The position numbers were made by a program, and so were the translations under genes. A stretch of 63,068 nucleotides of DNA, the filler included, from Octopus bimaculoides (lineage: Eukaryota): assembly GCF_001194135.2 (NCBI RefSeq). It is 6 parts of 5 records of this genome, joined end to end, with 100 filler letters (N's around TTAATTAATTAA, not from the genome) between each part and the next. Parts side by side here need not be neighbours in the genome. Positions count along the whole stretch, not along the records: positions 1 to 13,575 come from NC_068996.1; 5 more parts are not named here. One strand, written 5' to 3'. Within the stretch, counting starts at the first letter, position 1. Every line of letters starts with the position of its first letter. Positions 1 through 12,499 of this stretch are shown piece by piece. Under the pieces are notes generated by a model. The model had not been told where the DNA came from, did not search any database, and saw only the letters and a program-made list of their open reading frames with translations.

Positions 1-424
1 TATATATATATATATATGTATGTATGTATATATGTATATACTCTTTTACTTGTTTCAGTCATTTGACTGTGGCCATGCTGGAACTGGCTGTGTGATGGGT
101 CAGTGGCTAGACCTCAGAAGGTCTGGAGTCAAGAGATATATGGGACGGTGAGAAACTGGCTTTTATAACATTCTGTCGGTTCACCAGAAGTTTAGAAAAT
201 ACTATCTCACGTGACCTTATCTGAAGGCTGCGATTGATTGGGTTGCATCTTGGCGCGCAATTGAACAAGAGACAAACTGCGCCAATACCAACCAATCAGA
301 GTAGTGGATACAACAAGGTCTAAAGGTGCTGCCGAAGGCTAGCTGTTATCAACTACGTCCGTATTTATGTATTTATAACAGAGAGAGAGAGAGAGAAGAC
401 ACACATTTTAGCTATTCTCACTAT

Positions 425-780
425 TTGTTGTTGGCACTCCGTCGCTTACGACGTCGAGGGTTCCAGTTAATCTGTTCAACGGAACAGCCTGCTCGTGAAA
501 TTAACGTGCAAGTGGCTGAGCACTCTACAGACACGTGTACCCTTAACGTAGTTCTCGGAGATATTCAGTGTGACACAGTGTGACAAGGCTGACCCTTTGA
601 ATTACAGGCACAACAGAAACAGAAAGTTGTGGTGGAAGAGTACAGCAGGGTTCGCTACCATCCCCTGCCGGAGCCTCATGGAGCTTTAGGTGTTTTCGCT
701 CAATAAACACTCACAACGCCCAGTCTGGGAATCGAAGCCGCGAGTCCGCTGCCCTAACCAATGGGCCATTGCGCCTCCAC
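425..780 (-). mobile_element. tRNA-derived SINE, type B, full length
   Basis: The reverse complement starts GTGGAGGCGCAATGGCCCATTGGTTAG (tRNA A-box-like) and ends ...CGACGGAGTGCCAACAACAA. It aligns with the copies at 5776 and 48802. Flanks ttctcactat (415-424) and ttcttactat (781-790) match 9/10, like a TSD. Confidence 0.9.
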
Positions 781-949
781 TTCTTACTATAGTTGTAAAT
801 TTTAAAACATAACTGTCACCACTATTATATGAATCTGAAGATTGCATAGTTTAATGTATGAAAGTACTTGTTCAATCAGAATGGGCATTTAATATTTTAT
901 CATTTCATTATATATTATCTTATACTATTATAAGATTTTATATCTTAGT

Positions 950-1460
950 AAGGTAAGAGTTAGCTATGAGTACAGTGATGAATTTAGTTTACAGGTAAGT
1001 GTTGACTAAGGCTCGGTCCTCAGCCTCCTCCTATTCATCATAGTCCTCCAAACCATAATAGAGAAATTCAAGATTGAATGCCCCTGGGAACTGCTATATG
1101 CTGATGATCTAGCACTCATAGTTGATTTTGTAACAGAACTAGAAAAAATATTGCAGTTGTGGAAGCAAAACCTGGAATCAAAGGGCCTTAAGGTTAACTT
1201 AACAAAGACTAGGGTTCTAGTGAACAAGAAAACAGACAGGACCCCTCTCCCATCAAATAAATGATTCTGCTTGATAGGTAGGAAAGGTGTAGGCAGGAAT
1301 TCCATTCAGTGTATTCAATGCAAGCTATGGGCACACAAGAAGTGCAGTGAAATAATAGAAAGGTTATCAGAAAAGGTAATGTTTGCATGTGGAAGATGCA
1401 CCAAAATTGGTATGGGTATACAATGTGGAAAAACTAAAGATGATACAGTAGTGCCTTGAT
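950..1460 (+). mobile_element. Decayed RTE-clade LINE reverse transcriptase fragment
   Basis: Translates as ...GSVLSLLLFIIVLQTIIEKFKIECPWELLYADDLALI...LESKGLKVNLTKTRVLV, with YADD at 1097-1108. A Cys/His module follows (NSIQCIQCKLWAHKKC...FACGRC). Stops and frameshifts are present. Confidence 0.9.
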
Positions 1461-1752
1461 TCTGGTCACCTGAGGATGGGCATATATACAGCTATTATTG
1501 AATCATATTAATACAATTTTGCATTTTATTTATGTGGCGTTCAGTAATTAACAGCTAATAACGATGTGTTGAAAAAATTTAGTGGTTTGTAATAAAGTCT
1601 GTTCAATCCATCATCATGTATTAAAATTTGCTTATATTTCTACATGTATATACTGTAGCAGAAGTCCTGGAGAGGAGCATTGGGAAGCACACTATACATT
1701 TATTACCAAGATTATATTAAAATATGCATACATGCATACATATATATATATT

Positions 1753-1985
1753 AAGGCGGCGAGCTGGCAGAAATGTTAGCATGCCGGGTGAAATGCTTAG
1801 CGGTATTTCGTCTGCCGCTACTTTCTGAGTTGAAATTCCGCCGAGGTCGACTTTGCCTTTCATCCTTTTGGGGTCGATTAAATAAGTACCAGTTACGCAC
1901 TGGGGTCGATGTAATCGACTTAATCCGTTTGTCTGTCCTTGTTTGTCCCCTCTGTGTGTAGCCCCTTGTGGGTAGTAAAGAAATA
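1753..1985 (+). mobile_element. SINE type C (GGCGGCGAGCTGGCAG head; GCCTTTCATCC...GGGGTCGAT core)
   Basis: Shares head and core with copies at 5133, 5393, 17297-17585, 37385 and 39500. Followed by (CATA)n. Confidence 0.85.
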
Positions 1986-1992
1986 ACATACA

Positions 1993-2026
<34 letters not shown>

Positions 2027-2028
2027 CA

Positions 2029-2064
<36 letters not shown>

Positions 2065-2066
2065 TC
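1986..2066. repeat. (CATA)n microsatellite
   Basis: Direct reading. Confidence 0.95.
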
Positions 2067-3820
2067 TGAGGACTTAGCTTAAATTCTGCATTATTTTGAA
2101 GGATTTTTTGCATTTTGCTTAATGCAGACATGTAAGTAATTTCTTTTTTTAAATATAATAATATATGATAGAATTTTCTTATTATTAAATAAAATTTCAT
2201 CAAACTATTTCTCTCTCATTTATGATTTTATACACTCCTTATTGTTTTCCCTTGTGCGTAGGTATAAATGTTTGACCCTGAAGGTAGCATTACAACAGTC
2301 ATTCACTATATTCTCAGCCAATCAATCAATCAACTGATTAAATTGTACCATGAATGCACCCAAGATGCATCTCAGCAGCTGTATTGACCTGCAAAAAGCA
2401 GTAACGAAATTTCACTCAAATCAAACTCAAACAGCTTGAATAGTGATAGATATATTAGACAATGCAACATGGTTTCTGAAATATGAAAATATGCCAAAAA
2501 CAAAAAGAAGAAAATTGGATGCAATGTCTTGAAGGATTTTAGTCATAGATTTGCTTTGTCATCACCGATTTGGAAATAAGCAACAACTAAGATATCAACA
2601 ACAACAATAGCAATAACAACAGTGATAACATCAACAAAAGCCTGATTAATGTCAGCTACTTGACACAGTCAAGGCCACAGCATCATGTCATCAAACTGTC
2701 AACAAAGATATATTCATAGGTTCCACAGAAAGAAAGAACAAATAGCAACTGCAAAAGGCTATATTTTTCTGCAGAAAACAAGCAAAAAAAAAAAAGCAGG
2801 CCATCAACTCCAAACTATTTCTCTTACATTAATTTCCAAACATCCTTTTGTGCCATAATTCATTCACTGGTCACTATGTGTGAGAACAAATGGCACTTTA
2901 CTATTTTGTAAACACTTCAAATCCACACTGTAACCATTTTTGTCTGCAGGGCATCAGACTACATTATACTTCTTTTTAAAATATGTTACCAAGTTCCTCA
3001 AGATTCAAGAAAGCCTACATCATTATGCTGAATTGCACTTGGTGAAGGCTGCACNNNNNNNNNNNNNNNNNNNNNNNNNNNNNNNNNNNNNNNNNNNNNN
3101 NNNNNNNNNNNNNNNNNNNNNNNNNNNNNNNNNNNNNNNNNNNNNNNNNNNNNNNNNNNNNNNNNNNNNNNNNNNNNNNNNNNNNNNNNNNNNNNNNNNN
3201 NNNNNNNNNNNNNNNNNNNNNNNNNNNNNNNNNNNNNNNNNNNNNNNNNNNNNNNNNNNNNNNNNNNNNNNNNNNNNNNNNNNNNNNNNNNNTTATATTT
3301 ATATATATTCAAACACATCGGGTTCTTGATGGAAATTTAATTCTCCATCTGAAGCCCTGGAGGGTTTTGTTTACCCTCACTTTTGATGCAGTTCATGTCA
3401 AATGAAATATAAGAAATGCTATTAGTATAAATTAGTTAGGTTTTTTGTTTTTTTGTCCTTTGTTTTAGTTTCTACCTCTTGAATTATTCTGTTTCTTTTT
3501 GTTGCCTTTGGCCTCAGGTTCCTTTCAGGCTCAAATTTTAAAGAAAAGCATACACACATGCACATACTACACCACACTGCACCACACTTGAACAAACACA
3601 CATACACATATACCTGAACACACATACACATGCTCACATATATATATAAATGAGCAAAGAGAAATAGTTCTGCTTGGCCATTGGCCCATATTTGAACACC
3701 ACAGGAAAAAATAGATATAACAAATACCATACAACATAAATTCTTTATTTATTAAGATTATCTCAGCTTCAAAAGAATGCATCATAATTTCCAAATGGCA
3801 ATTAAGACCATGTACATACA

Positions 3821-4128
3821 AGGACTTTCGAGCGAGATCATTGCCAGTGCCCCTGGACTGGCTCTTGTGCAGGTGACACATAAAATACACCATTTTGAGC
3901 ATGGCCGTTGCCAGTACTGCCTGACTGGCCTTCGTGCCGGTGGCATGTAAAAGCACCCACTACACTCTCTGAGTGGTTGGCGTTAGGAAGGGCATCCAGC
4001 TGTAGAAATTCTGCCAAATCAGATTGGAGCCTGGCATAGCCATCTGGTTTCACCAGTCCTCAGTCAAATCGTCCAACCCATGCTAGCATGGAAAGCGGAC
4101 GTTAAACGATGATGATGATGATGATGAT
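3821..4128 (+). mobile_element. RTE-type LINE 3' UTR end (GAT-tailed)
   Basis: GAGTGGTTGGCGTTAGGAAGGGCATCC...AACCCATGCTAGCATGGAAAGCGGACGTTAAAC(GAT)n. It is nearly identical to the segment at 57913-58226 that follows RTE coding sequence across a gap. Confidence 0.85.
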
Positions 4129-4934
4129 ATATATATACATATTATATTGCATATACAGATATGTTGTTTACATCTGTCTATACACAGTGTTGGCTAAAAT
4201 ACATTCCTTAGTATAGCACTGTATAGCATAGAAACTAAAACATTGTTAAATCAACTCGGTGATTAATTAATTTAGTCTCAGTTAATTAAAGTTAAAGCAT
4301 TCAGCTCATTAAATGTATTAGTGCTTACTTCACTAAATATTACATATGTTGATGTAGAATGAGGAAAGAAATCTGACACATTAAATGTGTCAAGGATTCC
4401 ATTTGGACATCCACATGACAATTAGAAAGTTATGTCGGTGAATATTTAATTACTGTTCAAAAGATTAAATAACTAAAATACTATTGTTGTTGTTAGTATT
4501 ATCATTGTTGCTGTCATTGTTGTTGTTGCTGCTGTTATTAGGCATGAAATAAATGTTCTGTTTATTAATTATACTCTAATGATACCTAATTATCAGGAGG
4601 ATGGCATGTGTGACAGATTCATTGTAAAGTTAGAAGAAATACTTTGCAGTATTTCTTCTAGTTTTTTACATTTTAAGTGCAAATCCAGCCTTTCATCCTT
4701 TCAGAGTCAATTTAATACAGTACCAGTCAAGTACTGGGGTCAATAGTATCATCTACCCCATCTCCTCAAAATTGCAGATTTGGTGTTTAAATTAGAAACA
4801 ATTGTTATTATTGTTATCATCATCATTATTATTCTTATCATTATTTGATGAAAACTCATTTTGTTGGGTATGATGGAAAGCATCAGCTGTCCACAGCCAG
4901 CAGACTAAGGTGACATTGGTTAACTGGTCATGCT

Positions 4935-5120
4935 TCAAGAACCCTTTAGAGAATTCTTGCAGTTCCAAGCAATGCTGATTTTTGTAGGTGTTCTACCTTT
5001 AAATTTGTACCTATCTTTTTTAGCCATCTTGGTAGATGAGTGCTGATACTTCCAAGTGCAGCAATTACTAATGGTATCATGTCTACTCCCTTCATTGACC
5101 ACAACCTTCGTATTTCCCAT
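4935..5120 (-). mobile_element. 3' end of R4/Dong-like (restriction-like endonuclease) non-LTR element
   Basis: The minus strand reads EIRRLWSMKGVDMIPLVIAALGSI...LQKSALLGTARIL, the typical C-terminus of RLE-clade ORFs. Its 5' end abuts (TAA)n at 5121-5132. Confidence 0.8.
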
Positions 5121-5132
5121 ATTATTATTATT

Positions 5133-5290
5133 AAGGTAGCAAGCTGGCAGAATCATTAGCATGCCAAAGATTAATTTTGCCTTTCATCTTTTGGGAGTCG
5201 ATGAAATGAGTACCAGTTGAGTATTGGGGTCATGAAATTGACTTACTCCCTTCTCCTGAAACTGCTGACCTTGTGCCAAAATTTGAGATC
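5133..5290 (+). mobile_element. SINE type C, internally deleted
   Basis: Head AAGGTAGCAAGCTGGCAG is joined to core GCCTTTCATC and tail CCTTGTGCCAAAATTTGA. Confidence 0.75.
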
Positions 5291-5303
5291 ATCATCGTCG
5301 TCA

Positions 5304-5335
<32 letters not shown>

Positions 5336-5392
5336 ATCGTCATCATCGTCATCATCGTCATCATCATCATCATCATCATTATTATTATTATT

Positions 5393-5605
5393 AAGGCAGT
5401 GAGCTGGCAGAATTGTTAGCATGCTAGGCAAAATGCTTAGTGGTATTTCATTTGTCTTTACATTCTGAGTTCAAATTCTGCTGAGGTTGACTTTACCTTT
5501 CATTCTTTTAAGGTCAATAAAGTAAGTACAATTGTGTGATGGGATCAATGCAATTGACTTATCCCTTTCTCTAAAATTGCTGGCTTTGTACCAAAATTTG
5601 AAATC
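5393..5605 (+). mobile_element. SINE type C (ATT-tailed variant)
   Basis: Same head and core as the 1753 copy with a different tail, flanked by ATT repeats on both sides. Confidence 0.8.
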
Positions 5606-5662
5606 ATTATTACTATTAAGTTATTACATGCTACTTCATGTAGCAGGGATGCTGCCTGAAAT

Positions 5663-6370
5663 TTAGTGACAGTAAATCTCCTCAAATCTCAAGGATACAG
5701 AATTTTGCAGGGCAATATTGTAAGTCTTAATTCCAATATTTTTCAGTCTTTTAAGTAGCAGTTTGGGTGTTGTGCGTGGAGGTGCAATGGCCCAGTGGTT
5801 AGAGCAGCGGACTCGCGGTTTCGATTCCCAGAACGGGTGTTGTGAGTGTTTATTGAGCGAAAACACTTAAAGCTCCACGAGGCTCCGGCAGGGGATGATG
5901 GCGAACCCTGCTGTACTCTTCCACCACAACTTTCTCTCACTCTTACTTCCTGTTTCTGTTGTGCCTGTAATTCAAAGGGTCAGCCTTGTCACACTGTGTC
6001 ACGCTGAATATCCTCGAGAACTACATTAAGGGTACACGTGTCTGTGGAGTGCTCAGCCACTTGCACGTTAATTTCACGAGCAGTTGATCGGATCACCTGG
6101 AACCCTCAACGTCGTAAGCAACGGAATGCCAACAACAACGGATGTTGTGCAAAGTATACAATTACTACAGGAATAATTGTTGTCTTAGTCTTCCACAATC
6201 TCTTCATTTCCCTGGCTAGGTTCTGATATTTCTCTGTTATAGTGTGGTATTGCAAAGTCTAGGATCTTAGATTTTTTTCTTGCTTCAACAAAGATATCTG
6301 GTCTTTTTGCTTCGATATTATGGCCAGTCTTTATGGAGAAATGCCATAAAATCTGGCTATTAAAATAATT
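5663..6370 (-). mobile_element. R4/Dong-like RLE endonuclease domain, split by a SINE
   Basis: The minus strand reads ILWHFSIKTGHNIEAKRPDIFVEARKKSKILDFAIP (RPD motif), then RLWKTKTTIIPVVI. After the SINE it continues TTPKLLLKRLKNIGI...LQNSV. Confidence 0.8.
5776..6139 (+). mobile_element. SINE type B, full length, nested in the R4/Dong fragment
   Basis: Matches the 425-780 and 48802 copies. TSD gggtgttgtgc (5765-5775) / ggatgttgtgc (6140-6150). Confidence 0.9.
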
Positions 6371-6399
6371 CACCCACACCAATGCTTTTTGCATGAAAC

Positions 6400-6677
6400 C
6401 AAGGTGCCACATAAAAAGTATAGGTGTGAATGTCGGTGCCATGTAAAAAGCATTGGTGCTGGTACCACATGAAAAGCACTGGTACTGGTGCCACATAACA
6501 GTCACCCAGTACACTCTATAAAGTGGTTGGCATCAGGAAGGGTATCCAGCAGTAGAAACAAAGCCAAAACAGACTATAAAACCCGGTGTGGGCCCTGGCC
6601 TTGCCTGTTCCTTTCAAACCACTCAACCCATGCCAGCATGGGAAACGGACATTGAATGTTGATGATGATGATGATGA
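6400..6677 (+). mobile_element. RTE-type 3' UTR end, diverged
   Basis: AGTGGTTGGCATCAGGAAGGGTATCC...AACCCATGCCAGCATGGGAAACGGACATTGAATGTT(GAT)n. Confidence 0.75.
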
Positions 6678-7204
6678 CAGCTCTTGCTTGTGTTCATATG
6701 ACTTTTCCCTCAGTTTGAAAACATACATTCAGCTGTCTCTTGCACCAACACTGCCATGCTTGTACTTATACTGCTTTTGTGTTACTATTGTCATCATTAT
6801 TACTATTATTATTAGTGCTATCACCATCATCATGATTATTGTTATTGAGTATGCAGTAAATGTTCAAGTAATTAAATATAATTTCCTCTAATTATGCTTA
6901 ATTATCATGAGGGTGGCCTATCTATCGTTGTAATATGCTTAATGTTTATTTTATTCCAAACTCCAATATTTTCTTCTTCCTTTTGTACTAGACATTAAAT
7001 CAAAAACAATGAAATACTCAAGGTCATGTGCTACTAACTGTTTCAAGCAGCTTGCATTCATCATCAAGGATCTTATCAGAAAGTTTACATAATGAGCACA
7101 GACATAGCCATGGGGTAAAGAAGGTCTCTTCACAACCATATAGTAAAAGGTTTGATCCCATAAGCCTGTCATACATGTATATATATAAACATACATAATG
7201 ATGA

Positions 7205-7595
7205 TACAGGTGAAGCTGTGTGGTAAGAAGTTTGCTTCTCAACCACATGGTTCTGGGTTCAGTCCCATTGCATGGCACTTTGGGCAAATGTCTTCTATTA
7301 TAGCCTCGGGCCAACCAAAGCCTTGTGAGTGGATTCAGTAGATGGAAACTGAAAGAAGCCCATGATATATGTGTGCGTGTGTGTGTGTTTTTGTGTCTGG
7401 GTTTGTCCTCCCACATATGTTGGTGTATTTATGTCCTTATAACTTAGCGGTTTGACAAAAGGGAACCAATAGAATAAGTATTAGGCTTACAAAGAATAAA
7501 TACCGGGGTCGATTTCTTTGACTAAAACCCTTTAAGGCAGTGTTCTAGCATGGCCACAGCCAAATGACTGAAACAAATAAAAAGATAAAAAAATA
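7205..7595 (+). mobile_element. tRNA-derived SINE type A, near full length
   Basis: Head GCTGTGTGGTAAGAAG...GGTTCAGTCCC (B-box-like), body TAGCCTCGGGCC..., tail GACTGAAACAAATAAAAAGA. Multiple copies occur in the window. Confidence 0.9.
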
Positions 7596-7765
7596 AAGTG
7601 TGTGTGTGTGTGTGTGTGTGTTTGTATCATCGTTGTTGTCATCATTGTCATTGTCATCATCCTCCACTTTTCCCATACTCGCATGGGTTGGATGGATTTT
7701 ATTGAGCCCAACCAGTCAGTCCTGAGGAGCAGATGCCACTATGATAGCAGCAGAAAAGGTGCAGT

Positions 7766-8005
7766 GGAGGAATGTGGCTTTATGATCATGTGTTGCATTC
7801 ATGATCGTAAGATTGTGGTTTCAAATCCTGGACCAGGCAAAACATTGTGCTCTTGAGCAAAGCACTTCATTTCAGTTTATTCCAGTCTCCTCAGCTGGTA
7901 AAAATGAATAATTTTGTGATGGACTGGTGTCCCATTCAATGAGTGGAATATATATGCCACAGAAGCTGGGAAACCAACCATAACAGTCTAAGGCTTGGGC
8001 AGGCC
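7766..8005 (+). mobile_element. tRNA-headed SINE type D with TTGAGCAAAGCACTT...CAGCTGG central domain (Meta-domain-like)
   Basis: tRNA-like head GGTTTCAAATCC. The central domain is shared with 26715-26998 and 61152-61460. The superfamily name is from recall only. Confidence 0.6.
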
Positions 8006-9506
8006 CTGTGATCCTTTTTTGAGAAAAGGTAGAAAGAGAAGATAGTGTACGTGCTAGAGGCTGGATCATAACTGTAAGTGAGTTTACATCAAGCTGCTAG
8101 GTGGCCCTTTTCTGAATGCCGATTGGTTATCTGTGTACACAGTAGCAGCACCATTTTAGATGTAAGTGCAATATTCCATGGTGAGTCTCATTTGAACTTT
8201 GTAGAGTATCAATAATTTTTGAGATTGCATTAAATTGGTAAGTTAGCACAACATGATCTGTCTTATAAGTTTAAATATAGTCTGCACAGGCATGGATGTG
8301 AGATGGTTACTGAACTTGCTTTACAACTGTGTGATTTTGCAACTACATTGTAACCAGTATTTTGTCCCATCAGCCAAAATCTAACCAATGATAGTCAACA
8401 ACTATACATCATATTCTTTGACTGATGTCAACAAAAATTCTAACAAATCCAAAATAGTTGATTGAAAATTAGTTCACATCTCATAAAAAGAATATCAAGC
8501 AACAAGCAGTGGAATAGAGTCGGAGGAACACATTCATAAACAGCCTTGATTAGGTCAGCAGTTAGTAAGGAAGATACTGTTGACCAGTAATGACATTAGA
8601 AGCTCATAGATTCTTTAGAGACAGATCATCACTGCAAATGAAATTTTTTCTATAATTGACACAACCATCAAAACACTGACAAAGTATCTGTTATGTGAGT
8701 CTGTTTTGACAACCTGACTGCCAACAAAATATGAATGCTACAACAAACAATCATCACAGAAAAATGTTGTGAAATGAACTGTTTCCCTATTCTTTTCTCT
8801 TTTTGGTCGACCAGACCACTGCATTTGTGTTTTCTTTCTAAAGTAACAAAAAGTAGATGATTGAGGACTGACTTCAAGCCATATTCATTTTGTCAACTCT
8901 GGTTCATCATCATATTGTCACATACACTTACACATAACACATACATTTGAATACACATACACTCGCACACAAATACATACACATACATAAATATACATAC
9001 AAATATAGAGAGTGGGAGAGAGAAATAGCAACACGCATACACACACACACACACATATGCATATAATGTCCACATACCCACACATATATACCATGCAAAC
9101 ACATGCATATGCATATAGCAACCAGATGTCCCATATATCTTCACACACATCCACATTCACACACTCGAACTAACTAAAAACAAAATTACATGGACTATTA
9201 CTATAGAGCCACAATAACCATGCACCAGCTCAGATCTAAGCACACACATGCACATATGTACACACATATATATATATATATGCCAAAAACTGACGTTAAT
9301 CACAAGCCCTACACCATTTACTCACTGATACAAAGTTCATATAATTATGTAGACATGCAAATCCAGTCAGACATTAATACAAAGTACTCATAACCTAGAG
9401 TGCACAAACAAAACATAAAACAAAAAGCACACACTCAGACAATAAGTAATTGACTGCACTACACAAACACTAACAGTCATGCACACACAGGTGGATGTAC
9501 CCATAT

Positions 9507-9546
<40 letters not shown>

Positions 9547-10424
9547 ACACACACACACAGAGGCACAAACAAATGGCCAGAAACAACAGCCCACACCAGT
9601 TGGCAGAGACTGCTTAATACCTCTTTTTTAAAAGCTTCTACTTACCTTTTATTTTTACATTTTCTTCTATTTATTAAAGGTTCCATCTATTGCTTTCTGC
9701 ATANNNNNNNNNNNNNNNNNNNNNNNNNNNNNNNNNNNNNNNNNNNNNNNNNNNNNNNNNNNNNNNNNNNNNNNNNNNNNNNNNNNNNNNNNNNNNNNNN
9801 NNNNNNNNNNNNNNNNNNNNNNNNNNNNNNNNNNNNNNNNNNNNNNNNNNNNNNNNNNNNNNNNNNNNNNNCACACACACACACACAAAGCTGGTTGTTG
9901 TAGATTAATGATCCAGGATGCTGAACAGAAAAAAACATCTAGATAACTTTTAAAACTTTTAAAGGTTTCACAGGAAATTTTACTGTTGTTTCATAGACAT
10001 TTTAGGAAGGAGCTGTTTAATTATGAGCCTTTAAATGCCAAACTATTGTTACATAAGTTCCCAATGCCATAGCCTGAGGAAGGGGGTATGACAGTATCTT
10101 GGTAGTTCCTCCTTGTTTACCAAGGTCTGGTGCAAAACATTTGAGAAACTTCAGCATAGAAATACATATTTCTATTGGCATTCTACAATGTTGAGATATA
10201 ATATGCCAAACCATTCCTAGTTGTGCAATTTTTTGACTTTGGAACTTTGCTTTTTGAAAGCCTTTTTATGTAGCAGATTGTGTGTGTATGTGTGTGTGTG
10301 TGCACGCACGCGTTCGTGTGCATGTGTGTACATGTATGCACTTATATATGAATAAATGTATGTATTTTCCGTTTCTCTTTTAAAAATTTTGACTGGCCAC
10401 CTATTTGGTAGCAAGGTTATGTGG

Positions 10425-10468
<44 letters not shown>

Positions 10469-10479
10469 ATAATACAAAA

Positions 10480-10715
10480 TGGGACAAGAACGCAAAACAT
10501 CCAGACGGTTAGGTGATACAAGAAATGGACAACAAAACATCCAGATAGATGATACAAAGAAAGCAAGGACAGGTCATTCGGAGTTTTCTTTCCTCAGTTG
10601 AGATCCAGATTATCTGTGCAATTTCGGCTGGTTATACTCGATATTGCTCCAATCTGGCCAGCCCCAAGGAAAAACTAAGCTAAGAGCATTAGATTCATTG
10701 GAAGAAAGCATTGGA
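10480..10715 (-). mobile_element. Penelope-like terminal repeat fragment (tentative)
   Basis: The reverse complement (GCTCTTAGCTTAG...CTGAGGAAAGAAA...TTTGTATCATCTATCTG) is colinear with 13003-13200. The class assignment is inferred. Confidence 0.45.
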
Positions 10716-12499
10716 AGAACTATTCACACCCACACATACAATGTGGAGTAACCAAGTATCTCTTCTATACCAAAACACCTGTGCTTGACCTTTCATCTTA
10801 CTTTCACCTTTGAATAGCTAACATAAAACCACCTTCCCCTCTCAAGTACAGTAATAGAGCTTTCCTTGTTCCTTTCCTTATTCTTCTTCTGTCTTGCAGG
10901 TTACCTGGTAACCTCACTAGTGCCAGTGACACAATAGAAGTGCCTAGTATCTTCTGTAGAGTGATTGGTATCAGGAAGAGCATGACAATTTTAACATCCT
11001 ATTATAAATAAGTGTTTAAGTGAAGTTGACAGTCTTTGTGTGTTTCTGAATGGCTAACTTGTGACTTCCATACTGCAATCACTTTAGTTTCAGCTCACAA
11101 TCTCAGATCAAAACATTTGATACACAAGTACATTTCCATCTAATATAATAAATACGCAAACTAATTTCTGTGTGTCAGTGTATCACACTTCGAACCCCTC
11201 TCTCACTATTTATTGACACTCCTACTATTGCTCATGTTGAGCTGAGAGTAATAGTAGGCATAGAGACGGTGAGGGCAGTGGCGAATACAGACAGAAAGAG
11301 AGAGAGAAAGAAAAAGAGAGGAAGAGAAAGATAGGCAAAGAAATTTAGGGAGAGTTGATGATGTTTTTATCAAAAGTAGTAGTGTTGATGGTGACAGTGA
11401 GAGTAATAATAAGAGAGAGAGATAGAGTGGATATGTGAGAGAAATAGGGATTGACCACTGGACTAACATGCTGAAGTAACACACTGAAAGAAGACACAGA
11501 TTTAGCCTTTTTGTGATGGTAATGGGGTGATAGTAATAGTATGAGTTGTAGTTGTGATAGAGGCGGAGGTGGCAGTGATGATGGTGGTGGTGGTGGTGGT
11601 GATGGTAGCTGAGGCGGTGAGGGATGAAGTGAGAGTAAGTGAAGTGAAACAGTGGTGATGGTGATGGAGGGGAAGGCGGTGAAGTCAAAGGTCTTGACGG
11701 TGATGATGTCAGAAGTGTGAATGGTATGTGTATATCAGATGTGGTAGCGATGGTGGTGGTACTGTTGTTTATCATGCAGCTTCACAACAAGTTTCAAGTC
11801 AACAAATTATATCATTGTTTTGATGAAAATTGTTCATTGCTTGAAAAATATCGGTCAAATTTAATAAAATTTAACATGTAATCAATGCATGAAGTGTCGT
11901 TGTTGGGCCCAAGGTCCAATGAAGAACCCTTCACAGGAGCTAGCTTAAAAGCCACTCTATCAGGCAGCTTTTCAGCTAGTAATATAANNNNNNNNNNNNN
12001 NNNNNNNNNNNNNNNNNNNNNNNNNNNNNNNNNNNNNNNNNNNNNNNNNNNNNNNNNNNNNNNNNNNNNNNNNNNNNNNNNNNNNNNNNNNNNNNNNNNN
12101 NNNNNNNNNNNNNNNNNNNNNNNNNNNNNNNNNNNNNNNNNNNNNNNNNNNNNNNNNNNNNNNNNNNNNNNNNNNNNNNNNNNNNNNNNNNNNNNNNNNN
12201 NNNNNNNNNNNNNNNNNNNNNNNNNNNNNNNNNNNNNNNNNNNNNNNNNNNNNNNNNNNNNNNNNNNNNNNNNNNNNNNNNNNNNNNNNNNNNNNNNNNN
12301 NNNNNNNNNNNNNNNNNNNNNNNNNNNNNNNNNNNNNNNNNNNNNNNNNNNNNNNNNNNNNNNNNNNNNNNNNNNNNNNNNNNNNNNNNNNNNNNNNNNN
12401 NNNNNNNNNNNNNNNNNNNNNNNNNNNNNNNNNNNNNNNNNNNNNNNNNNNNNNNNNNNNNNNNNNNNATATATATATATATATATATATATAACGGCG

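Noticed and set aside
10580-10610. Hammerhead core CTGAGGA...GAA on the minus strand
   Set aside because: There is no stem II and no GAAA-UH arrangement.
11206-11775. 189-aa His/Ser/Pro-rich ORF
   Set aside because: It derives from degenerate GGT/GAT/GA repeats and has no domain or exon signals.
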